In this document: in pieces, positions 10,399-19,482 of the stretch
Numbering within the stretch: the stretch's first letter is position 1
Layout: every line of letters starts with the position of its first letter
From: Candidatus Bathyarchaeia archaeon
GTDB lineage: Archaea > Thermoproteota > Bathyarchaeia > 40CM-2-53-6
Reading direction: 5' to 3'
DNA: 64,000 nt
NCBI GenBank assembly: GCA_049517415.1
Contig: JBEKSC010000001.1
Location: 64,001-128,000 of the forward strand
Position numbers and translations under genes: made by a program
The notes under the pieces: model-generated
The model's input: only the letters and a program-made list of their open reading frames with translations
What the model was told of the DNA's origin: nothing
Databases searched by the model: none

Positions 10399-11512
10399 AT
10401 TGATCAGCTACCTTTGTCCAGCCCATTTCTTGACCGTAGTTGAATGCGTTCGTTTCTAGTTGCCGCCTTAGTTTAACGTCGCTTAATATTCGTTCGACGC
10501 ATTCGGCGATTGAACGTCCGTCGGCGAACTTGCAGAAGAGCCCTCTATTGTTTGATAGCTCCTCTTTTGCGAATAGGGATGGTGTTGCAACAATTGCCCT
10601 GCCATGTCCAAGCGCAAGCGTAATCGTCCCACTGGAAACCTGATCCTTGCCAAGGTATGGTGCCACGAAAATGTCCATTGCTTGAAGGTAAAGGGACAGC
10701 TCGTCGTCGCGTAAGTATTGGTCTACGAAGTGAACATTGTTTTCGAGGTGTAGCCGTTTCGTAAGTGATGTTAGTTTCTCGCGGTAAGCTTCGCCTTCAT
10801 GCCTTCGCACCTCAGGGTGCGTTTCGCCTATCACCATGTACAGCAGCTCAGGCCTTTCCTTAACTAGGTAAGAGAGTGATTTGATTGCATACTCTAGGCC
10901 TTTCCCAGAGCTGATTAAACCGAACGTCGCGAGCACCGTGCGTTTCTCCAGCCCAAGAAATCGTTTTGCGTATTCGTTGTGCCCGCGCTCTGGGAGGGCA
11001 GCCCCGTGACGTACCACGCTAATTCTTTCAGCGTTGACCCCAAACCGCTTCTCGAGAAGCTTCGCAGCCGAGTCAATTGTTACGATAACGGTTTCGCTCA
11101 GTCCTGCGATTTCAGACATGATTCTGCGAGCTTTGTCAGGCGGGTTTCGAAGGACCGTATGAAAGGTCGTTATAATGGGTTTCTGGAGAGTCTTGTAGAG
11201 ATCGAGGACATATTCCCCCCAGTCTCCTCCGTAGATGCCGTATTCGTGCTGGACATTCACCACGTCAACTTCGCTCCGATTCAGGAAATCTGCGGCGGCG
11301 AAGTAGTCTTCGTTCGCATGCTGGTCAATAGTGAACCTAACATTCGGATCCGAATACCGGTTCCCACCCTCCTCATTAATTGCAACAATGAGATAGCGGG
11401 CAATTCGGCCACGCATTAGTAGAGCCCTCGCGAGGTCTCGAGTATATGTTGCTATGCCGCACGCCCGGGGAGGGTATGTGCTAACGTACCCGACTTGCGG
11501 TTGAAGATCCAA
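10325..11512 (-). CDS. GT4-family glycosyltransferase
   Basis: STYPPRACGIATYT, QHEYGIYGG, TFGLISSGKG, SSGT. Confidence 0.9.
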   Translation of the reverse strand: MDLQPQVGYVSTYPPRACGIATYTRDLARALLMRGRIARYLIVAINEEGGNRYSDPNVRFTIDQHANEDYFAAADFLNRSEVDVVNVQHEYGIYGGDWGEYVLDLYKTLQKPIITTFHTVLRNPPDKARRIMSEIAGLSETVIVTIDSAAKLLEKRFGVNAERISVVRHGAALPERGHNEYAKRFLGLEKRTVLATFGLISSGKGLEYAIKSLSYLVKERPELLYMVIGETHPEVRRHEGEAYREKLTSLTKRLHLENNVHFVDQYLRDDELSLYLQAMDIFVAPYLGKDQVSSGTITLALGHGRAIVATPSLFAKEELSNNRGLFCKFADGRSIAECVERILSDVKLRRQLETNAFNYGQEMGWTKVADQYGDILRSAIGIPRTIDETAAISEA

Positions 11513-11901
11513 GAGGCTCCATCCTGTTCCAATTTCAGTCCACGACTTCCACCGAACGCTTAGCCCGTTGACCAGCTAGTCGGGCCGAGTACAACGAAAG
11601 GCGTAACCGTCAAGTAATACTCGCCCTAGCGCTAAAAACGCTACGCTTTCAACGAGCACCTCCTTCGTTTAAGAGCTAGAGCAAATGCCTCTGGTTTACG
11701 CCTGCATAGAAGCAGTAGAAGCAGATGACTATGCTCGCGGGAGCTATTGATAGGTTTGGTATGAAAGCCGACGTGATCTCTTACGATGTTGCTACGTACT
11801 TCGGTATGATATGCGCGAGCTTCCGATGAGTTTAGTGGAACGCTGAATTGTTACCCGAGTCCAGTAAATGATGTGACGAGTGGCACTTCCATTCGCTAGG
11901 C

Positions 11902-13188
11902 TCAAACCTTAGGGCGTAGGTCGATTACGCGGCGGGCCTTGCCGACTTCTGACCGTGGGAGCGTCCCTAACTCAACGAGTTCCACGTCAGCGCGAATCGC
12001 CAGGACCGCGAAGAGATCTTCCTGAATCCTCTTTGGCAAGTTCGGATCCTTCAGCATGTCCGTAGGTGCTTCAACCTTAACGGTCAACCGGTCCAGTTCC
12101 TTATGCGTGACAATTATCTGATATTGATCTCCAAGGCCGGGAATGTTCATTAAAACATGCTCGATTTGGCTTGGAAAAACGTTCACGCCGCCCACGATGA
12201 GCATGTCGTCACTCCGCCCTTTTATTCGCGCGATGCGACTGTGGTATCTGCCGCATGCGCACTCCTCTTCGTACACGGTTGAGAGGTCCCTTGAACGGTA
12301 GCGGAGGAATGGCATCGCCTCCCGGGAAAGCATTGTGAAGACGAGTTCGCCTTCTTTGCCCGGTTCCAAAACCTCACCGGTGTCAGGGTTGATAGTTTCT
12401 ACGAGAAATTCATCGCCCCAGATGTGGAGGCCGTTTCTTTGCTCGCACTCGATTCCAACCCCCGGACCATAAAGCTCGGACATACCGTAGATATCATGCG
12501 CCCGGAGACCGAAGCCATCCTCAATCCGCTTCCGAGTCTCTTCACTCCAAGGTTCAGCCCCGAAGACCCCCACTCTCAGAGCGAAATCGGTTCTCGGCTC
12601 ATAACCCTCAGCCCGACTTGCTTCAACCAAGTATACCATGTAAGAGGGTGTACTCGTGACCACGGTGCTTCGTAGGTCCTTCATGAGCATCAGTTGACGC
12701 TTTGTGTTTCCGACGCTCGTTGGTAGGATTGTGGCCCCTATGGCCCTAGCGCCGTAATGGATACCCAGCCCACCGGTGAAAAGGCCGTATCCGTACATGT
12801 TTTGAACGATGTCGCCCTTCCTAACTCCGGCAGTATCAAGAGTCCTGCCCATTAACGTCCCCCAACGTTCCAAATCATGTCGAGTGTAGGCTACGACTAT
12901 CGGTTTTCCGGTTGTACCAGATGAGGCGTGGAGACAGTAAACGCGATTTTGAGGAACGGCAAGAATACCGAGTGGATAATTATCTCGCAAATCTGTCTTA
13001 ACCGTGAAAGGTACCTTCGGTAGATCGTTGAGGCTTTTGATGGATTCGGGTTTCACTCCGGCTTCGTCGAAGCGTTTGCGGTATAACGGTACATTCCTGT
13101 AGGCGTAGCGAACGATTTTGCGCAGTTGGGTTTCCTGTAAGCGTCTTAGTTGTTTTGACTTGAGCGTTTGGCCGAGCCGATCAAACAG
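11902..13188 (-). CDS. paaK: Phenylacetate-CoA ligase (probable CTG start, about 428 aa)
   Basis: HASSGTTGKP, YGYGLFTGGLG, GAEPWS, YGMSE, GRSDDMLIVGGVNVFPSQIE. PaaK-like N-terminus (LQETQLRKIVRYAYRNVPLYRKRFDEAGV) continues in frame upstream of the listed GTG. Confidence 0.9.
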   Translation of the reverse strand: MFDRLGQTLKSKQLRRLQETQLRKIVRYAYRNVPLYRKRFDEAGVKPESIKSLNDLPKVPFTVKTDLRDNYPLGILAVPQNRVYCLHASSGTTGKPIVVAYTRHDLERWGTLMGRTLDTAGVRKGDIVQNMYGYGLFTGGLGIHYGARAIGATILPTSVGNTKRQLMLMKDLRSTVVTSTPSYMVYLVEASRAEGYEPRTDFALRVGVFGAEPWSEETRKRIEDGFGLRAHDIYGMSELYGPGVGIECEQRNGLHIWGDEFLVETINPDTGEVLEPGKEGELVFTMLSREAMPFLRYRSRDLSTVYEEECACGRYHSRIARIKGRSDDMLIVGGVNVFPSQIEHVLMNIPGLGDQYQIIVTHKELDRLTVKVEAPTDMLKDPNLPKRIQEDLFAVLAIRADVELVELGTLPRSEVGKARRVIDLRPKV

Positions 13189-13317
13189 AAGAATTACGCT
13201 CCCGAGCTTTCAATTTTGTTCAGTGATAATTGGCTTGGGCCCTCTGTATGCCAATCATGATAAACAACCACAAGCCATTTCCTCAATCCCGCGGGTTGGC
13301 CCGCGGCGAAAAACATC

Positions 13318-14373
13318 ATGATGGCGAAACCACAGCTGTTCGGTAACCTAGTAACGCAAGTAGTTCGACCTAATTTATGCTCTTTCTGCGGGGCCTGCAT
13401 GGCCTCATGCCCAGTGGGAGTACTTTGGCCAGTTGGGGAACAACCAACACTCATCGGCCAGTGTGCCCTGTGCGAAGTCTGCTACTACCAGTGCCCTACC
13501 GTCGAGTTTCCGAAGGCTGACGTCGAAGTCTTCCTCCACGGCCGAACAAGACGCGCCGATGAACCCCTCGGAATAAGTCGAGGAACATTCGTTGGCCGCG
13601 CAGTAAGCAAAGATGCTCAAGTGGTTGCGCAGGACGGCGGGGTGGTTACAGCCCTCCTTAGTTACGCGCTGGACAAGAAGTTGATTGATGCAGCCGTGGT
13701 TGCGGGAAGAGATACGAATTGGAGAGCGAAGCCTGTGGTCGCGACGAAGAGCGAGGATATCGTGAAGAACGCTGGGACGAAGTACACGCCCAGCCCGACG
13801 CTTCTTGGCGTCCGATCAGCGGTTGAAGAGTACGCTAAGACTAAGGTTGGCCTGGTCGGAACACCGTGCCAGATGAGAGCGGTGAGGAGGATTCAGACAT
13901 CACCCTTGGGCAACCGACGTTTGGCCCAGGCCATGGAGCTGAGTATAGGCTTGTTCTGTATGGAGGCTTACGGTTACGATAAGCTGGTGGAAACGTACAT
14001 GGCCAGCAAAGGCATCGACCCTTCCACCATCACACGCACGGAGATCAAGAAGGGATCCTTCATCGCCAAATCGGGGGACAAGGAACTCTTGCATGTACCG
14101 CTTCGTGACGTTGATGCGTTCGTGCGGCAGAGTTGCAAGCAATGCGAAGATTTCACCGCCGAATACGCAGACATCTCAGTGGGCGGTATAGGATGCCCAA
14201 CAGGTTATTCCACAGTGATTGCGCGGACAGAGAAGGGTCTCGACATTCTAAGGCAAGCTGAGAAGGCGGGTTACGTGGAGCTGCGTGAACTGAAACCGGA
14301 AGAGAAAGGGTACCAGAAAGTAGTGAACATGGCGCAGGCGAAACACGCCAGAAAAGCCACACAAAACAACTAA
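13318..14373 (+). CDS. F420 hydrogenase/dehydrogenase beta-subunit family (FrhB/FpoF-like) with N-terminal ferredoxin
   Basis: CSFCGACMASCP..CALCEVCYYQCP, AQDGGVVTAL, AGTKY, VGTPCQ, IGLFC, CKQCEDF, ADISVG. Confidence 0.88.
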   Translation: MMAKPQLFGNLVTQVVRPNLCSFCGACMASCPVGVLWPVGEQPTLIGQCALCEVCYYQCPTVEFPKADVEVFLHGRTRRADEPLGISRGTFVGRAVSKDAQVVAQDGGVVTALLSYALDKKLIDAAVVAGRDTNWRAKPVVATKSEDIVKNAGTKYTPSPTLLGVRSAVEEYAKTKVGLVGTPCQMRAVRRIQTSPLGNRRLAQAMELSIGLFCMEAYGYDKLVETYMASKGIDPSTITRTEIKKGSFIAKSGDKELLHVPLRDVDAFVRQSCKQCEDFTAEYADISVGGIGCPTGYSTVIARTEKGLDILRQAEKAGYVELRELKPEEKGYQKVVNMAQAKHARKATQNN

Positions 14374-14444
14374 GCGCCGCTTCCTTCAACACCCAATGTT
14401 AGAGTGCGCCACACCCTAGTTTACTCGCGCGCACGCTTGGAGGG

Positions 14445-14460
14445 ACCCCCCTAGGGGGGT
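14445..14460. repeat. 16-bp perfect palindrome ACCCCCCTAGGGGGGT, overlapped by a GGACCCC...GGGGTCC inverted pair (14443-14479)
   Basis: Read directly; lies between convergent transcription units. Confidence 0.6.
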
Positions 14461-14886
14461 GGGTCATTTTTAGGGGTCCAGACGGGCTGATTTTGGGTTC
14501 TTTTCTGCCTGAAGTGGAGTGCCGGATGGTTACACCCACCCATCGAGTGGATACATCTCCGAATATCTTGGCGTCAGAATCCCCTCCCACGCTCCATGTT
14601 GAAACTCCTAGAACTATTCCTCCAGCAATCGCAGCAAAGATTGTGGAACATCATGACCAAGATAGCGAGCAAAGCGATAGTCTGTCGGTGAAATGAACGT
14701 CGAAACAGGATTGCTGAGATGATGCTTGCCGTGACGAACCGCACTGTAAGGAACAAGGATGATAAACGGCCTATCACAACCCAGGTCAGGATCACGAATC
14801 CCGGACTCAAGTAGATCATTCGCTCCCCGTTCCATCAGAACTATCTCAGGACCAGTTACGGATTATTCTGTTCAAAGTGGTCCTGC

Positions 14887-16125
14887 TCACTCATACTTTA
14901 GAGCGACAACTGCATTCATTCTTGAGGCTCGTCGCGCTGGGTACAATCCTGCTAACACCGAAATCGCGATTGGGAAAAGTAACGAGAATAGGATCAGGTC
15001 GGTTGTGAAGACAGGCTCCGTAGTTGTGCCGCTGCTCATCGGGCCACCCCCCATCGGCATCATGCCTCCCATTAGGAAAGATAGGAGGTAGCCGAGAACC
15101 GTGCCCAGAACTCCACCTATTGCTCCTGTAACGACCGATTCAGACAGAAAGATGCTCAGTATCTGGCCGCTCTGATACCCGAGAGCTTTGAGCACACCGA
15201 TTTCGCGTGTTCGCTCCATCACGGAGACGAACATTGTGTTCGTGATACCAACGGCCGCAACGAATAACGAGACACCTCCGATAGCTCCGAGGAAAACAGT
15301 CATCTGTGATGACACTGATTCAATACTCGATACCATTGAGCCCGCGTTCATCACGCGCACGTTGCTTCCGTACTGACTTTCGATTGCTGCCTGAACAGTA
15401 GAGACTTCACTCGCCGAGGAGGTTATTACGAAAAACCCCGAGTAATATGGAGTCTTCAAGAATAGCTGTGCTGCTTGCATACTGATGAATATGGTATCGT
15501 CAATGTTCGAGAAGAGCACACGGCCATAGGGGATTAGGATTCCCTTAACTAAGAACGCTAGGCTGCTGCTGGTAGTGCTGCCGCCTCCGGATAGCGCCAC
15601 TGAAACCATCTGATTGACCCCTATCTGAATACTAGAACCCGTCGGAGAAGCTATGTCACTACCAATAGCTGCCGCAGTCGGATCATTCTGGCTAGGATAT
15701 GCGCCTTCGGAGAGTGCAATCCCCTTGTACAGGTCGGAGAGTTTGTTTAGATCAATGCCTTCTATTTCTCCCTCAATTGTGGTTCCACCGACCGAAATTG
15801 TCGCCATCTTGTTGTAGTACGGAATGACCTCTGACACGCCAGCGATCGCTGCCAATGTACTGACGTCGGATTGGGATAGCTGGTATTGTGTCCCGCTCCC
15901 GCTGCTCACGAAGCTCATTGCAGAATTCACAACCAACGTGTTAGCTCCGATCTTGCCCATTGACGCAGATACTCCTGCGCTAAGCCCGTTTGAACTTGCG
16001 ATGAGCGCTACGATGATTGCGGTACCGACCATGATTCCTACGATTGTCAATGCGCTTCTGATCTTTCTATCCCAGAGAGCTTTGACAGCGAGCCCAAAAA
16101 CGTCAGAGAGAAACATTCCAATCAC
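14887..16125 (-). CDS. MacB/FtsX-type ABC transporter permease
   Basis: RSALTIVGIMVG, GITNTMFVSVMERTREIGVLKALG, GLYPARRAS. Confidence 0.93.
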   Translation of the reverse strand: MIGMFLSDVFGLAVKALWDRKIRSALTIVGIMVGTAIIVALIASSNGLSAGVSASMGKIGANTLVVNSAMSFVSSGSGTQYQLSQSDVSTLAAIAGVSEVIPYYNKMATISVGGTTIEGEIEGIDLNKLSDLYKGIALSEGAYPSQNDPTAAAIGSDIASPTGSSIQIGVNQMVSVALSGGGSTTSSSLAFLVKGILIPYGRVLFSNIDDTIFISMQAAQLFLKTPYYSGFFVITSSASEVSTVQAAIESQYGSNVRVMNAGSMVSSIESVSSQMTVFLGAIGGVSLFVAAVGITNTMFVSVMERTREIGVLKALGYQSGQILSIFLSESVVTGAIGGVLGTVLGYLLSFLMGGMMPMGGGPMSSGTTTEPVFTTDLILFSLLFPIAISVLAGLYPARRASRMNAVVALKYE

Positions 16126-16868
16126 TTCGCGTATAAATCAATTCTCTGAAGGCGTTGGTCCTTCTCGATCATACCATCTCTGATGGTGATCACGCGGCGA
16201 GTGACGTCTGATACCTGAGAATTGTGGGTAACTATGACGAAGGTGGTATGCATTGTCTCATTGACTTGGATAATGTAGTTGAGCAGCTCCTGCGTAGTCC
16301 TTGAATCGAGGTTCCCCGTCGGCTCGTCCGCTATCACGATTGCGGGATGGGTTACCAGCGCTCTAGCCACCGCCACACGTTGTTGCTCTCCTCCGCTCAG
16401 TTCGGTTGGATGCTTGTTTGCTTCTCGGGCTAACCCAATTGCGCCAAGTAGCCTTATCGCCCTATCCCGTCTAAGTTTCTTTGGCATTTTTCTGGCGATC
16501 AGGGGCATTTCTACATTCTCGACGGCGGTTAGTCGATTTATTAGATTGAAGGATTGGTAAATGAAGCCAATTTTCCTATTGCGAATCTTAGCCAGTTGAT
16601 CGTCGGACAATTTCCGGGTGTCTAAGCCGTCAATCCTGACCCGGCCTGAAGTTGCTCGGTCAAGTGCCCCAATGATGTTGAGCAAGGTTGACTTTCCGCT
16701 TCCGGACGGTCCAACGATCGAGGTCAACTCTCCTCGCTCTATCCTTAGACTCACTCCTCTGAGTGCAGGGTAATCAACCCGGCCAACCCTGTAGATTTTG
16801 GTGACCTGAGACGTTTCAACCGACGGAACTTCCGACTGTGCTACTAGGCCGCTGACTGTCTCAGGCAT
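16122..16868 (-). CDS. ABC transporter ATP-binding protein (LolD/MacB type)
   Basis: GPSGSGKST, LSGGEQQRV, ADEPTGNLD, VTHN. Confidence 0.95.
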   Translation of the reverse strand: MPETVSGLVAQSEVPSVETSQVTKIYRVGRVDYPALRGVSLRIERGELTSIVGPSGSGKSTLLNIIGALDRATSGRVRIDGLDTRKLSDDQLAKIRNRKIGFIYQSFNLINRLTAVENVEMPLIARKMPKKLRRDRAIRLLGAIGLAREANKHPTELSGGEQQRVAVARALVTHPAIVIADEPTGNLDSRTTQELLNYIIQVNETMHTTFVIVTHNSQVSDVTRRVITIRDGMIEKDQRLQRIDLYAK

Positions 16869-17132
16869 TTCATGTGCACCCCGCATCATTGTGCAATGAC
16901 CTATCTGTGGCTGCGATTGCGTCACCGATTCGGGGGCGGCGGCAGATTTGCTGGAAGATTACCCGGCCCGACTCAAATTCCTCGCAAAGCCACTTCGATT
17001 CCTCCAGTAGGTGATGGACGTATTCAGCTTCCCAAATTTCCTGGACTGAGACGAGATCCTGCTCGTGCGACTCCGTCGGAACTCTCGAGAAACCCAATTA
17101 GCCATCGCCGCGTCGCCCATCCGATTGCGGAA

Positions 17133-17165
17133 TATTACTGGGTTTTTCAGAATTGATTACAAGTC
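17133..17165 (-). promoter_or_regulatory. Motif copy 1 upstream of the ABC exporter
   Basis: GACTT-GTAATC-AATTC-TGAAAAA-CCCAG-TAATA on the minus strand. Confidence 0.7.
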
Positions 17166-17300
17166 TTTACCTAATTCAGCAGAGGCAAAGAGTACGAGCG
17201 ATTTGAGCGGCCAACCTCCTAAAATTGCAACTATTGTGATTTGTTGCATGGAGCGTGCACGAAGCGGAAAAAGGAGAAAAAAGCAGTAAGTGGCCTGTTT

Positions 17301-17489
17301 CTAGGTTTTATCCTTCAAGGCATCAAGGAATCTTCCCAGTTTCATTAGGACGTACAAGATTCCCACGCTCACCAGCAGGACGGACACGGCAGTGATAGCT
17401 CCGAATATGAACGATCCTCCCATGCCTGCGGTTTGCTGGGGACCCTGCATTCCTGGAGCAGCTTGCAGCACGTAACTGAGAAAGCCCAA
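17301..17489 (-). CDS. Small single-pass membrane protein (62 aa)
   Basis: One hydrophobic helix; GAGGTGAG Shine-Dalgarno just upstream of the TTG; own promoter motif. Confidence 0.7.
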   Translation of the reverse strand: MGFLSYVLQAAPGMQGPQQTAGMGGSFIFGAITAVSVLLVSVGILYVLMKLGRFLDALKDKT

Positions 17490-17530
17490 TTCTATTTCTC
17501 ACCTCTTAATCGGACGTTTGATTCTGGACG

Positions 17531-17563
17531 TATTAGTGGATTTTTCAGAATTGGATACAAATC
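17531..17563 (-). promoter_or_regulatory. Motif copy 2 upstream of the small membrane protein
   Basis: GATTT-GTATCC-AATTC-TGAAAAA-TCCAC-TAATA; 17531-17576 matches 17133-17178 at 39/46 nt. Confidence 0.72.
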
Positions 17564-17608
17564 TTTGACTAATTCATCCCTATCGATTCTCATTCCATCT
17601 CCGAATCT

Positions 17609-17641
17609 GACTTGTGTTGAATTCTGAAAAACGAGCTAATA
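17609..17641 (+). promoter_or_regulatory. Motif copy 3 (divergent from copy 2)
   Basis: GACTT-GTGTTG-AATTC-TGAAAAA-CGAGC-TAATA. Confidence 0.65.
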
Positions 17642-17931
17642 GTTCACGATTGATGATAGCCTGTCTGTGAAACGCGATTACAGGGTGTGGCCTGAAGGAG
17701 CTGAGATAGCTTGAATTTCCATGGATATCCAGATAATGGCTTTCGGACTACTTGCATTAAGTATTCGTTGAATTGGACGTGCGACCACATCAAATCTGGA
17801 AATAGCTTCAGTAATGGAAGGGCCGCTGCAGGCGTGAGGGAGCATTGCCTCAAGCCGACTGACATACCCCCACCCTAATCTCATCATCCATTTGTGTCAA
17901 GACTCAACTCAGGTGGATTGTAGTAGGCATG

Positions 17932-17963
17932 GATTCTTGATGAATTCTGAAAAAAATCTAATA
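17932..17963 (+). promoter_or_regulatory. Motif copy 4 upstream of the wHTH regulator
   Basis: GATTC-TTGATG-AATTC-TGAAAAA-AATC-TAATA. Confidence 0.68.
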
Positions 17964-18098
17964 GCAACACCGCGCACGTGCCACGGAGGACTGGCAACTT
18001 GTTCAACTGCAAACTCTCGAGTCGCGACATGAAAAGAATCGAACGGTATACTGAAGTAATGGAGTTCGGAGACGCTAGGTCAAACTGGGACGGTATGG

Positions 18099-18419
18099 AT
18101 GTACGCTCGCCCGCAGTCGTTGAAGTACATTCTGGGATGGCTTATCGCAGGGATGAGAGGCGGAACCACCCGTGCCAAAATCATACGTGCTTTGAAAGAG
18201 AGCCCACAAAACGCAAACCAGTTGGCCAACATCGTTGGGAAAGATTATAGAACAATTCGGCATCATCTCGGCGTGCTGGAAAAAAACAGAATTATCATGT
18301 CTGCAGGCGACAAGTATGCGTCAACCTATTTTCTGTCCCCAGAGATGGAAGAAAACTACGCATTGTTTGAGGAGATCTTGAAGAAAGTTCTGGAACGTGA
18401 GGCTAACAAGAATGAATGA
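18099..18419 (+). CDS. ArsR-like winged-HTH transcriptional regulator
   Basis: WLIAGMRGGTTRAKII..P.NANQLA...DYRTIRHHLGVL..N..KYASTYF. Confidence 0.88.
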   Translation: MYARPQSLKYILGWLIAGMRGGTTRAKIIRALKESPQNANQLANIVGKDYRTIRHHLGVLEKNRIIMSAGDKYASTYFLSPEMEENYALFEEILKKVLEREANKNE

Positions 18420-18861
18420 TAGCCCGAACATGAAAGTCAGAATTGGGTTAGCCGTAGCAGCAGCGATTGCAGTGGCGCTGCTTGCCTGGTTCTGGGCATC
18501 AACACACCTGCCTTTTCCTCCACCATCTCCGATGCAGCCGCCCAGGCCACCTCCGGAGGGCATTCCCGGAGACATCGGGTTGTACTACATCCTTGACACT
18601 GTGTTCTCAACGGTGAATGCAACATTATTGGTTTTCTTGCTCGCTCTCTACGCGGAGATTTATCTGAAGCGGAAGGTCGAGTTTACTCTTTGGTTGGTCA
18701 TATTCTGCATTGTGCTGCTCCTCGACGCTCTCACCTCGAACCCCATCCTTCAATGGGCATTCGGATTCAGACCCTCCGGTCTTGGCCCGTTTGCCATGCT
18801 GCCAGACGTATTCACGTCCGTGGCCCTAGCAATCCTGCTGTATCTAACCCTAAAGTACTGA
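18412..18861 (+). CDS. Multi-pass membrane protein coupled to the HTH regulator
   Basis: About 4 TM helices, Pro-rich loop, TSNP and GLGPF.MLPD segments; overlaps the regulator stop. Confidence 0.8.
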   Translation: MNDSPNMKVRIGLAVAAAIAVALLAWFWASTHLPFPPPSPMQPPRPPPEGIPGDIGLYYILDTVFSTVNATLLVFLLALYAEIYLKRKVEFTLWLVIFCIVLLLDALTSNPILQWAFGFRPSGLGPFAMLPDVFTSVALAILLYLTLKY

Positions 18862-19003
18862 GAATCGGCGACAGGTAGCGGGCAGCGGAATTCGAACTCT
18901 CCAATTCTCATGGGATGCTTGTGCAGGCGAACCGGATTGAACTCAATGTTGTATGCGTATCCGCACCGCGTTAGTTTAGTGAAAGACATGCAGAACAACG
19001 ATT

Positions 19004-19311
19004 TCATCCCCCCGCATCCGATTTACACTTAATGCCTAGTACCGCGGCGATTTCAGCCTCGGTCATTCCTGTGATTTCGATGACTTTCACGTTCGAATGG
19101 AAACCAGCGACTAGCTGCACATTCGAGGATGATGTTCGGAGCCTTTTGGACAGCCATCGCACGATCTCTCGATTGGCTTTACCTCTCACCGGGGTGCAAC
19201 GACATGGATTGTAAGTGTGCCATCCGGCTCGCAGAGCAGTTTGGTCTCGTTTCTCAGCGGCTTCACGTGCACCGTTAATCTGACACCATTCGACACTGGG
19301 CGCGTATGCAT
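19004..19311 (-). pseudogene. DUF167/YggU-family gene with a 1-nt frameshift
   Basis: MHTRPVSNGVRLTVHVKP...LTIHVVAP in one frame and PVRGKANREIVRWLSK... in another; one C missing in the run at 19191-19194. Confidence 0.8.
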
Positions 19312-19482
19312 ACCACCGCCTCACTCGTCACCCGTCTATATGTACCGGTAAATTGGGGTCAGAATCTCCTCCCCCGCACCAACTACTCGACAACCAATGT
19401 TCCCAAACACCGACCATGGCCTAAAACCCCTTTTGATTTAATTCCTGGGAAACCCAATCCACCATGCAGAGGATTCATCGAG

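Noticed and set aside
17650..17695. C/D box sRNA (TGATGA...CTGA)
   Set aside because: Internal C'/D' boxes are poor, no rRNA/tRNA target was recognised, and box C would lie upstream of the expected TSS of motif copy 3
17133..17963. CRISPR array
   Set aside because: Only four short copies, in both orientations, irregularly spaced and mostly upstream of genes; no cas genes
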